Shown here piece after piece: positions 16,856 to 24,897 of a stretch of 27,730 nucleotides of DNA. Location of the stretch: positions 1 to 27,730 of IMG/VR virus record IMGVR_UViG_3300036546_000088; one strand, written 5' to 3'. The position numbers were made by a program, and so were the translations under genes. The first letter of the stretch is position 1. The number at the start of each line of letters is the position of its first letter. The notes below the pieces were generated by a model. That model saw nothing but the letters and a program-made list of their open reading frames with translations, did no database searches and was not told the DNA's origin. The stretch comes from a virus. Lineage: Duplodnaviria; Caudoviricetes.

Positions 16856-17419
16856 ATGGCGCAACAACGTCGTAATAATGCTGCGTTAAAGCCTCTCTCC
16901 TTAACAGGACGAGGTTTTGATGGAGTAGAGGTATACTTAGCACCACATGAGATTAAGGCTTGCCAGAGAGCTGTTCTGGAAGGCTCACCTATTAAGGTAT
17001 ATGAAGAAGAATCTAAAGGTGTTGCTGGTGCGGTTAAGTATGATACTTTCCGTAAATGTCCTGATGTTAAACTATATATGGAATGGTTTAAAGGTCAGAT
17101 TCAACAAGAACTTATTATCAACACAGATATTATCTTAAAGAAATTAGCTGCTACTCTTGCTGTAGATTTGAATGATTTCTATGATGAAAATACTGGTGTG
17201 ATGAAAGACTTGAAAGACCTGAGTGAATTAGCACGTGGTCAATTGAAAGCTTCATGGCAATATGATGCAAATGGTAAAGCTAAGAATCTTAAAGTTGAGT
17301 TGGTTCCATTTAAAGATGTATTGGATATTCTAACCAAGATGTCTAGTGTAGATAATGAGCTTGTCAAGACACTGGTTGCTAAAGTAGCTTCACCAGAAGT
17401 ATTAGTAAACAAACAATAG
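16856..17419 (+). CDS. terS: Terminase small subunit (probable)
   Basis: ILKKLAATLAVDLNDFYDENTG.MKDLKDL...KVEL...KDVLDILTK matches small-terminase C-terminal patterns; upstream of TerL. Confidence 0.75.
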   Translation: MAQQRRNNAALKPLSLTGRGFDGVEVYLAPHEIKACQRAVLEGSPIKVYEEESKGVAGAVKYDTFRKCPDVKLYMEWFKGQIQQELIINTDIILKKLAATLAVDLNDFYDENTGVMKDLKDLSELARGQLKASWQYDANGKAKNLKVELVPFKDVLDILTKMSSVDNELVKTLVAKVASPEVLVNKQ

Positions 17420-17431
17420 ATTAAACCACAA

Positions 17432-17469
17432 CAACCTCTCCAGCTTTATGTTGTGAGAGGTTTATCTTT
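17432..17469 (+). terminator. Putative intrinsic terminator after terS
   Basis: Stem aacctc / gaggtt with an imperfect inner stem, followed by a T-rich tract. Confidence 0.55.
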
Positions 17470-17538
17470 AATTAGCCTCATATAACTAATATTGAATTAT
17501 ATATAAGCAGGAAGAGGATAACAAGAAGATACAACAAG

Positions 17539-17620
17539 AGAACATATTATATAGAGTATAATAGTGTCAATCCCTTATGTAGCAAGGGCTACAGCATAGA
17601 TAAGGGTGGGTTTAATAAAA
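17539..17620 (+). repeat. 82-bp dispersed tripartite element, copy 3
   Basis: agaacatattatatagagtataatagtgtc...cccttatgtagcaaggg...aagggtgggtttaataaaa; most similar to copy 1. Confidence 0.92.
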
Positions 17621-17636
17621 CAATATAATAGAATTT

Positions 17637-17774
17637 ATGTCGAAACCAGAGGAGTGTGTGGAAGTGTGTGGTATAAAACCCTTCTGTGATGAGAATGATT
17701 TACACGCTGGTCACATGAATGCTGTTGCAAATGGAAAACGTAAATCACATAAAGGGTGGACTAAATGGGACTAA
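17637..17774 (+). pseudogene. 45-aa fragment resembling the C-terminal DNA-binding module (NUMOD1-like) of phage homing endonucleases
   Basis: Manual translation MSKPEECVEVCGIKPFCDENDLHAGHMNAVANGKRKSHKGWTKWD; FC.EN.L....M..V..GKRKSHKGW motif; no nuclease domain and no clear RBS. Confidence 0.6.
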
Positions 17775-19279
17775 GTAATAATTTATATAGTAATACTTCT
17801 TTAATAACCAATCAGCATCTACAAAATATTAAACCAGAGCCTATCAACCTGCCATATAGATATACACCATATCCTTTTCAGTCAGACATATACAATGCGT
17901 TTGCTGGTTTTCTTGATGGAGAGAATACGTATCTGAACTACCTGATATGTGGTCACCGTAGGATGGGTAAAGATTATAACTTCTGGCAATTGGTAATACT
18001 AGCTGCCGCAAAGGTAGCTGGTGATTATCTTTATATGTTACCAACAAGTGTGCAAGCTAAGAAAGTTATTCTTAACGCTGTTGTTCAAGATAACATGGGT
18101 AACCCTTGTGGGTTCAAAGACTTCATACCTCCTAACCTAAACCCTATTGTTAGAATTAGTGAGAATATGATTACACTATCTAATGGTAGTAATATCTATG
18201 TATGTGGTAGTGATAATGCTAAAGAGTCATTAGTAGGTATGAATGCTAAAGGTGCTGTTATGTCTGAGGCTGCACTAAGTAATAAAGAAGCGTTGGAATT
18301 CATTAAACCGATGTTGAAACGTAATAACAAGATTGACCCAAGAACAGGTTGGTTAATGTTATGTTCTACTCCTCGTGGGAAGAATTGGTTTTATGAGATG
18401 TGGAAGATTGCACAGCTACCACGTAATAAAAATCTATGGTTCTTTAGACATTTCACAGTGGAGGATACAACTGACCACAAAGGGGAACCCTTAGTAACTA
18501 AAGCTGATATACAGCAAGATATTGATGATGGTTATGATGAGAATATCATTAAACAGGAATACTACTTAGACTTCGAGGCTATTGTTAAGGGGTATATCTA
18601 TTCTAAACAAATTAAACAAGCCAGAGATGAAGGTCGTGTAAGACATATCGACATTAACCCAACTAAACCTGTGCTAACCTTCTGGGATTTAGGTATAAGT
18701 GATGAAATGACTATCTGGTTTATGCAACAAGGAACAGGTAAGGATTCTAATCTATATCTTATCAACTATTACTCTAACGCAGAGGAAGGTTTAGACCACT
18801 ATGTAGAATACATGAAAACATTTGCACAAAAGTATGGATGTAAGTATGGAACAGTCTACTTCCCTCACGATGGTGCTCAACGTGAAATAATCATGGGTGA
18901 GAAAAGACATACAGCAATGGCTAACAAGGGTTTTGATGTAAAGATTATACCAAGAACTAGTGATGTTGAGTTAGCGATAAGACAGACAAAAGAACTATTC
19001 CCACGTTTTGTGTTTGATGGAGAACGTTGTGCAGAAGGTATACGTTGTATTGATAACTATAGACGTAAAACACCAAAAACTGATGAAGGTGTGTTAGGAA
19101 GTCCTATACATGATATATTCTCTCATGGTGCAGATAGTCTAAGACAGATAGGTCAATACTATGCAGATAAGTTTGTAGCTGATAGACATGATGAAGATAA
19201 GTGGAGCACTATTCAAGATGAACTTAATGAACAGTATGTAGATGAATACGAATATGTAGATGATGATTTATGGAGTTAA
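17765..19279 (+). CDS. terL: Terminase large subunit
   Basis: Walker A-like HRRMGKD, Walker B-like AVMSEAA, coupling motif STPRGKN, RNase H-fold WDLG...D and HGADS. Confidence 0.93.
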   Translation: MGLSNNLYSNTSLITNQHLQNIKPEPINLPYRYTPYPFQSDIYNAFAGFLDGENTYLNYLICGHRRMGKDYNFWQLVILAAAKVAGDYLYMLPTSVQAKKVILNAVVQDNMGNPCGFKDFIPPNLNPIVRISENMITLSNGSNIYVCGSDNAKESLVGMNAKGAVMSEAALSNKEALEFIKPMLKRNNKIDPRTGWLMLCSTPRGKNWFYEMWKIAQLPRNKNLWFFRHFTVEDTTDHKGEPLVTKADIQQDIDDGYDENIIKQEYYLDFEAIVKGYIYSKQIKQARDEGRVRHIDINPTKPVLTFWDLGISDEMTIWFMQQGTGKDSNLYLINYYSNAEEGLDHYVEYMKTFAQKYGCKYGTVYFPHDGAQREIIMGEKRHTAMANKGFDVKIIPRTSDVELAIRQTKELFPRFVFDGERCAEGIRCIDNYRRKTPKTDEGVLGSPIHDIFSHGADSLRQIGQYYADKFVADRHDEDKWSTIQDELNEQYVDEYEYVDDDLWS

Positions 19280-19295
19280 GAGGTAGAAAGGAGAT

Positions 19296-19376
19296 AGAAG
19301 ATATTATATAGAATAGTATCTCTATTTCCTCTTATTAATCATTAACTTACATCAATAAAGGGTAGGTTCATTAAAA
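19296..19376 (+). repeat. Dispersed tripartite element, copy 4 (81 bp, degenerate centre)
   Basis: agaagatattatatagaata ... ctctt ... aagggtaggttcattaaaa; both end boxes retained, 1 bp shorter than the other copies. Confidence 0.85.
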
Positions 19377-19418
19377 CTACATGAACTAAATGACATTAAT
19401 ATTGAGAGGTTTAATACA

Positions 19419-19808
19419 ATGAATATCTTCAAGTTAATCTTTGGTGGAGTATCAGAACTTATAGGTGGATACTTTGAAACTAAGAAACAGAAACAAGAAG
19501 CAGAAACACAGAAGTATATTGCAGACTTGAATGCTACAAGTGATTATGACTTACAAGCACAAAAGAATATGCAACACAGTTGGAAGGATGAATACTTAAT
19601 ACTATTACATACCTTTCCTATTTGGGGTTATATCATCCCCAGTGAAGAGTTAACTGTTAGGTTAGACATACTATGGAATAAGTTTGATAGTGCTCCTGAT
19701 TGGTGGTGGTGGATTTATTTAGGTATTATCGTATCAACCTTTGGTTTACGTTTTATGTTTAAAGGTTTAAGTAATATCAAGAGTATCAGTAACAATAATA
19801 ACAATTAA
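19419..19808 (+). CDS. Holin-like membrane protein
   Basis: 129 aa: amphipathic N-terminus, coiled coil, SWKDEY followed by two hydrophobic segments ending in FGLR, as in 3TM-type phage holins. Confidence 0.7.
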   Translation: MNIFKLIFGGVSELIGGYFETKKQKQEAETQKYIADLNATSDYDLQAQKNMQHSWKDEYLILLHTFPIWGYIIPSEELTVRLDILWNKFDSAPDWWWWIYLGIIVSTFGLRFMFKGLSNIKSISNNNNN

Positions 19809-19837
19809 CCCTCCATCATACCTCTACATGCTATAAT
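19808..19837 (+). promoter_or_regulatory. Putative rightward promoter ACCCTC-N18-TATAAT with extended -10
   Basis: ACCCTC at 19808-19813 and TGcTATAAT ending at 19837. Confidence 0.65.
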
Positions 19838-19894
19838 TAATTTATCAACCTATTAAGAGAATATAAGATATTCAAGGTAATTAAGGTAAGAATT

Positions 19895-20371
19895 ATGATT
19901 AAAGTAGATGGACTAAAAGGTTTATCTTTAGTAGATGTTATGGATGCGGGTGTAGAAAGAACCTTTATTGTGTTCTCTAATACTAATTCTCCACGATGGT
20001 ATAATAGATTCCTGAGAGAAGGGTTCCAACATTGCTGGGTGTTGTATTATGATGGTTACAATTGGTTTAAGGTAGAACACAATTATTTAGGTTTACAAAT
20101 GGAAATGATTGTAGAACTCAATGGTTGGGTATTCAATCAATGTCAGAACATCTCAAGATATTATGCTAACCTACCTTTCTACACTGTAGAAGAAGTTGAC
20201 AGAGATAGTTTACAACTTGCATGTAAGAACTATAGACGTAGTAAGTTCCTAATGGTTCCTAGCACATGTGTAGAATTGGTAAAAGATTGGTGCGCTATTC
20301 GTAGATACTGGTTACATACACCTTATCAACTCTACAAACACATTTTAAAATTGAATTCACACAAGGGTTAA
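19895..20371 (+). CDS. Permuted papain-like (NlpC/P60 superfamily) hydrolase
   Basis: His before Cys: GFQHC ... STCVELVK ... TPYQLY, the layout of permuted NlpC/P60 proteins. Confidence 0.65.
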   Translation: MIKVDGLKGLSLVDVMDAGVERTFIVFSNTNSPRWYNRFLREGFQHCWVLYYDGYNWFKVEHNYLGLQMEMIVELNGWVFNQCQNISRYYANLPFYTVEEVDRDSLQLACKNYRRSKFLMVPSTCVELVKDWCAIRRYWLHTPYQLYKHILKLNSHKG

Positions 20372-20375
20372 TATC

Positions 20376-20483
20376 ATGGGTATGATGCCTAAAGAGATGA
20401 TTGAGAAACTAGAGAAGAAAGAAAAAGATAAGAAGAAAAAGAAAGAAATGGAAGATGGTAAGAAATCTTCTAATGAATCTTAA
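20376..20483 (+). CDS. 35-aa Lys/Glu-rich peptide, not in the ORF track
   Basis: Manual translation MGMMPKEMIEKLEKKEKDKKKKKEMEDGKKSSNES; starts 4 bp after the upstream stop. Confidence 0.5.
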   Translation: MGMMPKEMIEKLEKKEKDKKKKKEMEDGKKSSNES

Positions 20484-20531
20484 TTATTTACTTCATCTTT
20501 CTAATATTAAAAATTAACTAAGGAGTTTACT

Positions 20532-20744
20532 ATGGGCGGTAAGAAACAAGGTCCAACCCAAGAAGAACTAGAAATCCAACGTTTGCAGAAAGAACGATTG
20601 GCAGAAGAACAAGCTCAAGCAGAGCGTGTTAAGAAAGAACAACAAGCACTTATTAAAGCTCGTCGCTCAGGTGGCATGGGCGGTTTATTGCAAGGTAGTG
20701 AGACTGGTGAGAGTGGTGGTTACTCTAGTTTACTAGGTGGTTAA
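20532..20744 (+). CDS. Small virion protein upstream of the portal
   Basis: 70 aa, MGG start, charged helix and Gly-rich LLGG end, typical of pre-portal podovirus proteins; AAGGAG RBS. Confidence 0.75.
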   Translation: MGGKKQGPTQEELEIQRLQKERLAEEQAQAERVKKEQQALIKARRSGGMGGLLQGSETGESGGYSSLLGG

Positions 20745-20785
20745 CAATTCATTATTTACATAGAAGAGAATATAGAGAGAAGGAA

Positions 20786-22378
20786 ATGAAGACCTCCGAA
20801 TATAAAACAGACCCAAAGCTTTTTAAATCTCGTTTTAATAAAGCTAAAGCAATCCGCGCCCCGTGGGAGTCTCTTCTACGTGAAACGTATGATTTGTTTC
20901 TTCCAGAACGTGACGCATTCAATGGTGACAGCTTAAATAATAGTAGTCGTGGTCAGAAACACTCTACTAAAGTATTTGATGATACTGGTGCTCAATCACT
21001 ACAACAATTTGTAAACCAATTAAAGAATAAACTATTACCTTCACAAGAACGATTCACTAAGTTTGTGCCTAGTGGTAAGACTCGTGTAGATATGATTAAT
21101 GGTTTGTTTGAAGAAGAAGATGAGAAAGAACTTCAAATCCAGTTAGATAAGAATAATGATATTCTATTCCACTACTTGTGGGAAAGTAATATGGATTCAG
21201 CAATCTTAGAATCTTTACAAGATATGGCTATTTCTACTGGTGCTCTTATGATTCAAGAGACTGGTGATGTAGATTCTCCATTCAACTTTATTAGTATTCC
21301 TGCTGACCAACTTATTATTGAAGAAAGTAATACAGGTGTAGTTAATAACGTATGGCGTGAGTGGAGTCTTAAAGCAGAAGAGATTCCCCATCTGTGGCCT
21401 GACTATGTTAAAGACGATAAGATTGAAAAGATTATTTGTGACAAACCTACAAATAAGATTCATGTTATCGAAGGAACTATCTGGAATAAAGAAGAGAATA
21501 AATTTGACTACTGTGTTTATACAGAGAGTGCAGGTTGTAAATTTATCTTTGAATCTAAATATAAAGTATCACCATATGTAATCTTCCGTTGGAATAAGAG
21601 TCCTAATGAAACATGGGGTCGTGGGCCAGCTATTAACTGTCAACCAACAATGTCTACTCTTAATCGTTTGGTAAGTGACTTGTTGCGTAATAATGCAATG
21701 CACATCAATCCACCGATGGTTATTTCTAGTGATGGTTTTGTCAATCCTTCACGTATTAAGATTGCACCAAACTCACGTATTATTACTAAGAGTTCATGGA
21801 CTGGTAATACAGCACCAATTTCCTATTTACAATCTGCTACTAACTTTAATCTTGGAACTGGTATGCGTTCTGAGTATCAACAACAAGTTCGTGAAGCATT
21901 CTACCTAAACTTCTTTGGTGGAATAGATGATCCAGTTCGTAGCGCTACTGAGATTAGTATTCGTAATCAACAGATGTTGGAACAACAAACTAGTGCATTT
22001 ACACGTCTTAAAACAGAGTTGATTGACCAGATTATCAAACGTTCATATTACATTCTACAACGTATGGGTTTGGTTCAAGACTTACAACTTGGTAATGGTG
22101 TAGTATCTATTAAAGCAATCTCACCTCTTGCACAAACACAAGATATGCGTGACATTGAAGCTATCTCTCGTTACTTCCAAGCAATGATGGGATTAGCAGG
22201 TGAACAAGGTATGGCACTAGCAGCTCTAGAAGTAGATGTTGAGTCTATCCCTTCTTTCTATGCAGATAAGTTTGGTGTTCCTGCCGCACTGCGTATGGAT
22301 GATAAGAAGAAGAAAGCTCAAGCACAACTTCTACAACAAGCTATGGTAGCTCAACAAGGTTTACCACCTCAACAATAA
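20786..22378 (+). CDS. Portal (head-tail connector), T7 gp8-type
   Basis: 530 aa; FRW....ETWGRGP, SATEI, ISPLAQ motifs and a Gln-rich C-terminus. Confidence 0.93.
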   Translation: MKTSEYKTDPKLFKSRFNKAKAIRAPWESLLRETYDLFLPERDAFNGDSLNNSSRGQKHSTKVFDDTGAQSLQQFVNQLKNKLLPSQERFTKFVPSGKTRVDMINGLFEEEDEKELQIQLDKNNDILFHYLWESNMDSAILESLQDMAISTGALMIQETGDVDSPFNFISIPADQLIIEESNTGVVNNVWREWSLKAEEIPHLWPDYVKDDKIEKIICDKPTNKIHVIEGTIWNKEENKFDYCVYTESAGCKFIFESKYKVSPYVIFRWNKSPNETWGRGPAINCQPTMSTLNRLVSDLLRNNAMHINPPMVISSDGFVNPSRIKIAPNSRIITKSSWTGNTAPISYLQSATNFNLGTGMRSEYQQQVREAFYLNFFGGIDDPVRSATEISIRNQQMLEQQTSAFTRLKTELIDQIIKRSYYILQRMGLVQDLQLGNGVVSIKAISPLAQTQDMRDIEAISRYFQAMMGLAGEQGMALAALEVDVESIPSFYADKFGVPAALRMDDKKKKAQAQLLQQAMVAQQGLPPQQ

Positions 22379-22462
22379 GATTACTTAGAGAGGACTTAGT
22401 ATAAGGGGTTGTGTGGACTATAACGTAGATAATTAATATAAAGAGTTATTTATAAATAGTTC

Positions 22463-22492
22463 ACCCTCCTTATTACTAACCACTGCTATAAT
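22463..22492 (+). promoter_or_regulatory. Putative rightward promoter ACCCTC-N18-TATAAT with extended -10
   Basis: ACCCTC at 22463-22468 and TGcTATAAT ending at 22492. Confidence 0.65.
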
Positions 22493-22520
22493 TAATTATA
22501 AAGTAAAGAAGGAAACAAAG

Positions 22521-22781
22521 ATGCAAGATGAACAAGATATGTTTGAGACTCCTATGGAAGAAACTCAAGCACAAGAGTTCTGTATTCTAGTGGCCGATGT
22601 ATTTTCTGGTAATGCAGGAAATAAATTGATTGAAGAATTTAAAGAGATGTTGATGGAACCTAGATGGTCACCAACAGAAGAAGCAAGTGTTGGTTTCTAC
22701 CGTGAAGGTGGTAATGCAATGCTACGATATATTATTAACTGTTATAAACAAGGTAATGACCTTAAATCTGGTAACTTATAA
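22521..22781 (+). CDS. Conserved small protein between portal and scaffold (Bbp19-like)
   Basis: VFS...G.KL...FYREG...L.YI pattern and its position. Confidence 0.7.
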   Translation: MQDEQDMFETPMEETQAQEFCILVADVFSGNAGNKLIEEFKEMLMEPRWSPTEEASVGFYREGGNAMLRYIINCYKQGNDLKSGNL

Positions 22782-22802
22782 GACAAGAGGTGAATGAGAA
22801 CT

Positions 22803-23591
22803 ATGTCTACTGAACAAACAGAAGTAGTAACTGAAACTACTGAGTCAACTACTGAAACATCAATGTCTTCTCTACTTGCAGGTGATATTGATACCACTAC
22901 TACTACCACTACAGAAACTGAAACCAATCCTTCTGATGTAACAACTGAGACAACTGATACCACAGACCGTCCTGAATGGCTTCCTGAGAAGTTTAAATCT
23001 CCTGAGTCAATGGCAGAGGCTTATAAGAACTTAGAGTCTAAATTTGGTGGTTTTACAGGTGCTCCTGAAGATTATGAACTTACTGTCCCAGAAGGTGTAG
23101 ATTTCCAATTCTATGAAGACAGTGAATATGGTGTAAATACTTTTAAAGAGTTTGCCAAAGAGACTAATATGTCTCAGGAAACTTTCTCTAAAGCTATGGA
23201 CTTTTATATTAACTCTCGTGCTCACGATGCAATTGTTGAACAACAAAACCGTGAGAACGCAGTATATGAAGTATTTGGTGGTAAGGATAAAGCTGTTAAA
23301 GATATTCCTAACATCTCAGCTAAAGTTAAAGGTGCCCTTGGTGAAGATGGTATGAAAGTATACCAAGATGCAGCATCAGGTTCTGTAACTGCAGCAGCTA
23401 GTGCAATTAAACTAGCAGGTATGTTGATTAATAAGTTTGATGGTGAATTTAAACAGTCTACTTCTGTGACACCACAACCTAGTATATCACGTGATAGTCT
23501 ACGTGAAATGATGAAAGACCCTCGTTATAAAACGTCTGCTGAGTTCCGTGCTCAAGTAGATGAAGGTTACAAGAAACTTTTCGATAAATAA
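22803..23591 (+). CDS. Capsid scaffolding (assembly) protein (probable start 22803)
   Basis: Acidic, Thr/Glu-rich N-terminus, RPEWLPEKF...AY.NLE.K.G and C-terminal M.DPRY motif, as in T7 gp9-type scaffolds. Confidence 0.88.
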   Translation: MSTEQTEVVTETTESTTETSMSSLLAGDIDTTTTTTTETETNPSDVTTETTDTTDRPEWLPEKFKSPESMAEAYKNLESKFGGFTGAPEDYELTVPEGVDFQFYEDSEYGVNTFKEFAKETNMSQETFSKAMDFYINSRAHDAIVEQQNRENAVYEVFGGKDKAVKDIPNISAKVKGALGEDGMKVYQDAASGSVTAAASAIKLAGMLINKFDGEFKQSTSVTPQPSISRDSLREMMKDPRYKTSAEFRAQVDEGYKKLFDK

Positions 23592-23713
23592 TAGTTATAG
23601 TGGTTATATATCTTCCTCCTCTTTTGGTATGTAACCACACCTTATTTCTCTTGGTGACAGATAACATAGTGATATGCCTGAACAACAAGAGTATGATAGA
23701 GAGAAGAGACAAT

Positions 23714-23795
23714 AGAAGATATTATATAGAATATAAATAGAGCAAACCCTTATCACACAAGGCTTAGAGGGCAATCAAGGGTAGGTTCAATAAAC
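23714..23795 (+). repeat. 82-bp dispersed tripartite element, copy 5 (upstream of the major capsid gene)
   Basis: agaagatattatatagaatataa...aaacccttatcacacaagg...aagggtaggttcaataaac; gap-free alignment. Confidence 0.92.
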
Positions 23796-23943
23796 TTATA
23801 AACTGTTAATATTATCTAAGGCAACTTAACTCTCGCTGACCCGCAAGGATAATCAGTAATACAAAATGCCTAAACCAACAAAAACCGAAGTCATCAAGAG
23901 AAGAGACTTCTAAATAATTAACTTTTATATAAGGTAAATAAAA

Positions 23944-24822
23944 ATGGCTGATATTTCTGCTTCGTATATCACTAAATTCGATGATATGGTAAAACAAGCT
24001 TACCAAGAGATGGGTGGTAAACTTCGTGGTGGTGTTCATGTTCGCACTGGCGTTAATGCACTGAAACACCAATTCAACGTATACGGCACTGGTTTTGCTA
24101 AAGATGCACCTACTGCTGGTGCTGATGTTGATACTATGGGTTCTGCTACTTCTTCTGTAGAGTGTAACCTTTCTGACAAACAAGCTTCTGAATACTCTAA
24201 TATCTTTGACCAAGATAAAGTAAACTTTGATGATGAACAAGAACTGGTTAAAGTAATCGCTGCTGCACTAGGTCGTAGTGAAGACCAAATCATTATTGAT
24301 GCACTGGATGCACCTACTTATACTGGCGACCACAGTATTGCTATCGACTTCGAATCTACAGGCACTAACACTGGTCTGACTGTTGAGAAGATTGAAGAAG
24401 CTGTAGTTGTTCTTGATGATGCTGGTGTTGCTGCTGAGGGTCGTGTATTCGTAGCTCCTGCTAAAGCTAAGCGTGGTCTACTGGCTTCTGCTCGTGCAAC
24501 TTCTTCTGAATATGTAGGTGATGTTCGCCCACTGGTTAATGGTCAGATTGATGAGTTCCTTGGTTTCAAATTCGTATGGATTGCTGATACCTATGACTCA
24601 GTAGCAAATTCATGGTATGGTTTGCCGGGTGCTGGCACTACTTCTCGTAAGTGTTTTGCAATGCACGGTGATGCTCTGGCACTTGCTGTTGGTAACCTAG
24701 ACAAACAAACTCGTATTGACTATGTTGCTCAGAAAACTTCTTACCTAGTTCTTGCTCCTCTACGTGCTGGTGCAGTAGTTCGTGAGACTGCTGGTGTTGT
24801 TGAAGTAAACATCGAACTATAA
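23944..24822 (+). CDS. Major capsid protein
   Basis: 292 aa after the scaffold; ALGRSEDQIII and L.NG.I..FLGFKF motifs; strong codon bias; followed by a terminator. Confidence 0.9.
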   Translation: MADISASYITKFDDMVKQAYQEMGGKLRGGVHVRTGVNALKHQFNVYGTGFAKDAPTAGADVDTMGSATSSVECNLSDKQASEYSNIFDQDKVNFDDEQELVKVIAAALGRSEDQIIIDALDAPTYTGDHSIAIDFESTGTNTGLTVEKIEEAVVVLDDAGVAAEGRVFVAPAKAKRGLLASARATSSEYVGDVRPLVNGQIDEFLGFKFVWIADTYDSVANSWYGLPGAGTTSRKCFAMHGDALALAVGNLDKQTRIDYVAQKTSYLVLAPLRAGAVVRETAGVVEVNIEL

Positions 24823-24850
24823 TTGATACCTCTGGGTATATAAAGCTTAG

Positions 24851-24878
24851 GCTGCTGTCGAAAGGCAGCAGCTTTTTT
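24851..24878 (+). terminator. Intrinsic terminator after the major capsid gene
   Basis: gctgctgtc-gaaa-ggcagcagc followed by T6. Confidence 0.9.
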
Positions 24879-24897
24879 AATATATAAAGGAAAGGTT

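Noticed and set aside
17474-17503. AGCCTC-N18-TATATA as a further ACCCTC-class promoter
   Set aside because: Both boxes are mismatched in very AT-rich DNA. Possible, but unsupported without TSS data.
17765-19279. TerL Walker B reads SE instead of DE, suggesting inactivation
   Set aside because: The catalytic Glu and all other motifs are intact, and I recall SE variants in related terminases. This is not evidence of a defect.
22820-22965. Repetitive act/acc/gaa-rich tract
   Set aside because: It encodes the ordinary Thr/Glu-rich disordered N-terminus of the scaffold protein.
84-23795. 82-bp repeats as a CRISPR array or IS ends
   Set aside because: The copies are kilobases apart with no repeat-spacer periodicity. 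No cas or transposase gene, terminal inverted repeats or target-site duplications were seen.
23874-23885. 12-mer accaacaaaaac shared with 215-226 as another promoter
   Set aside because: There is no TATAAT at the 18-bp spacing here, and a low-complexity match is plausible by chance.
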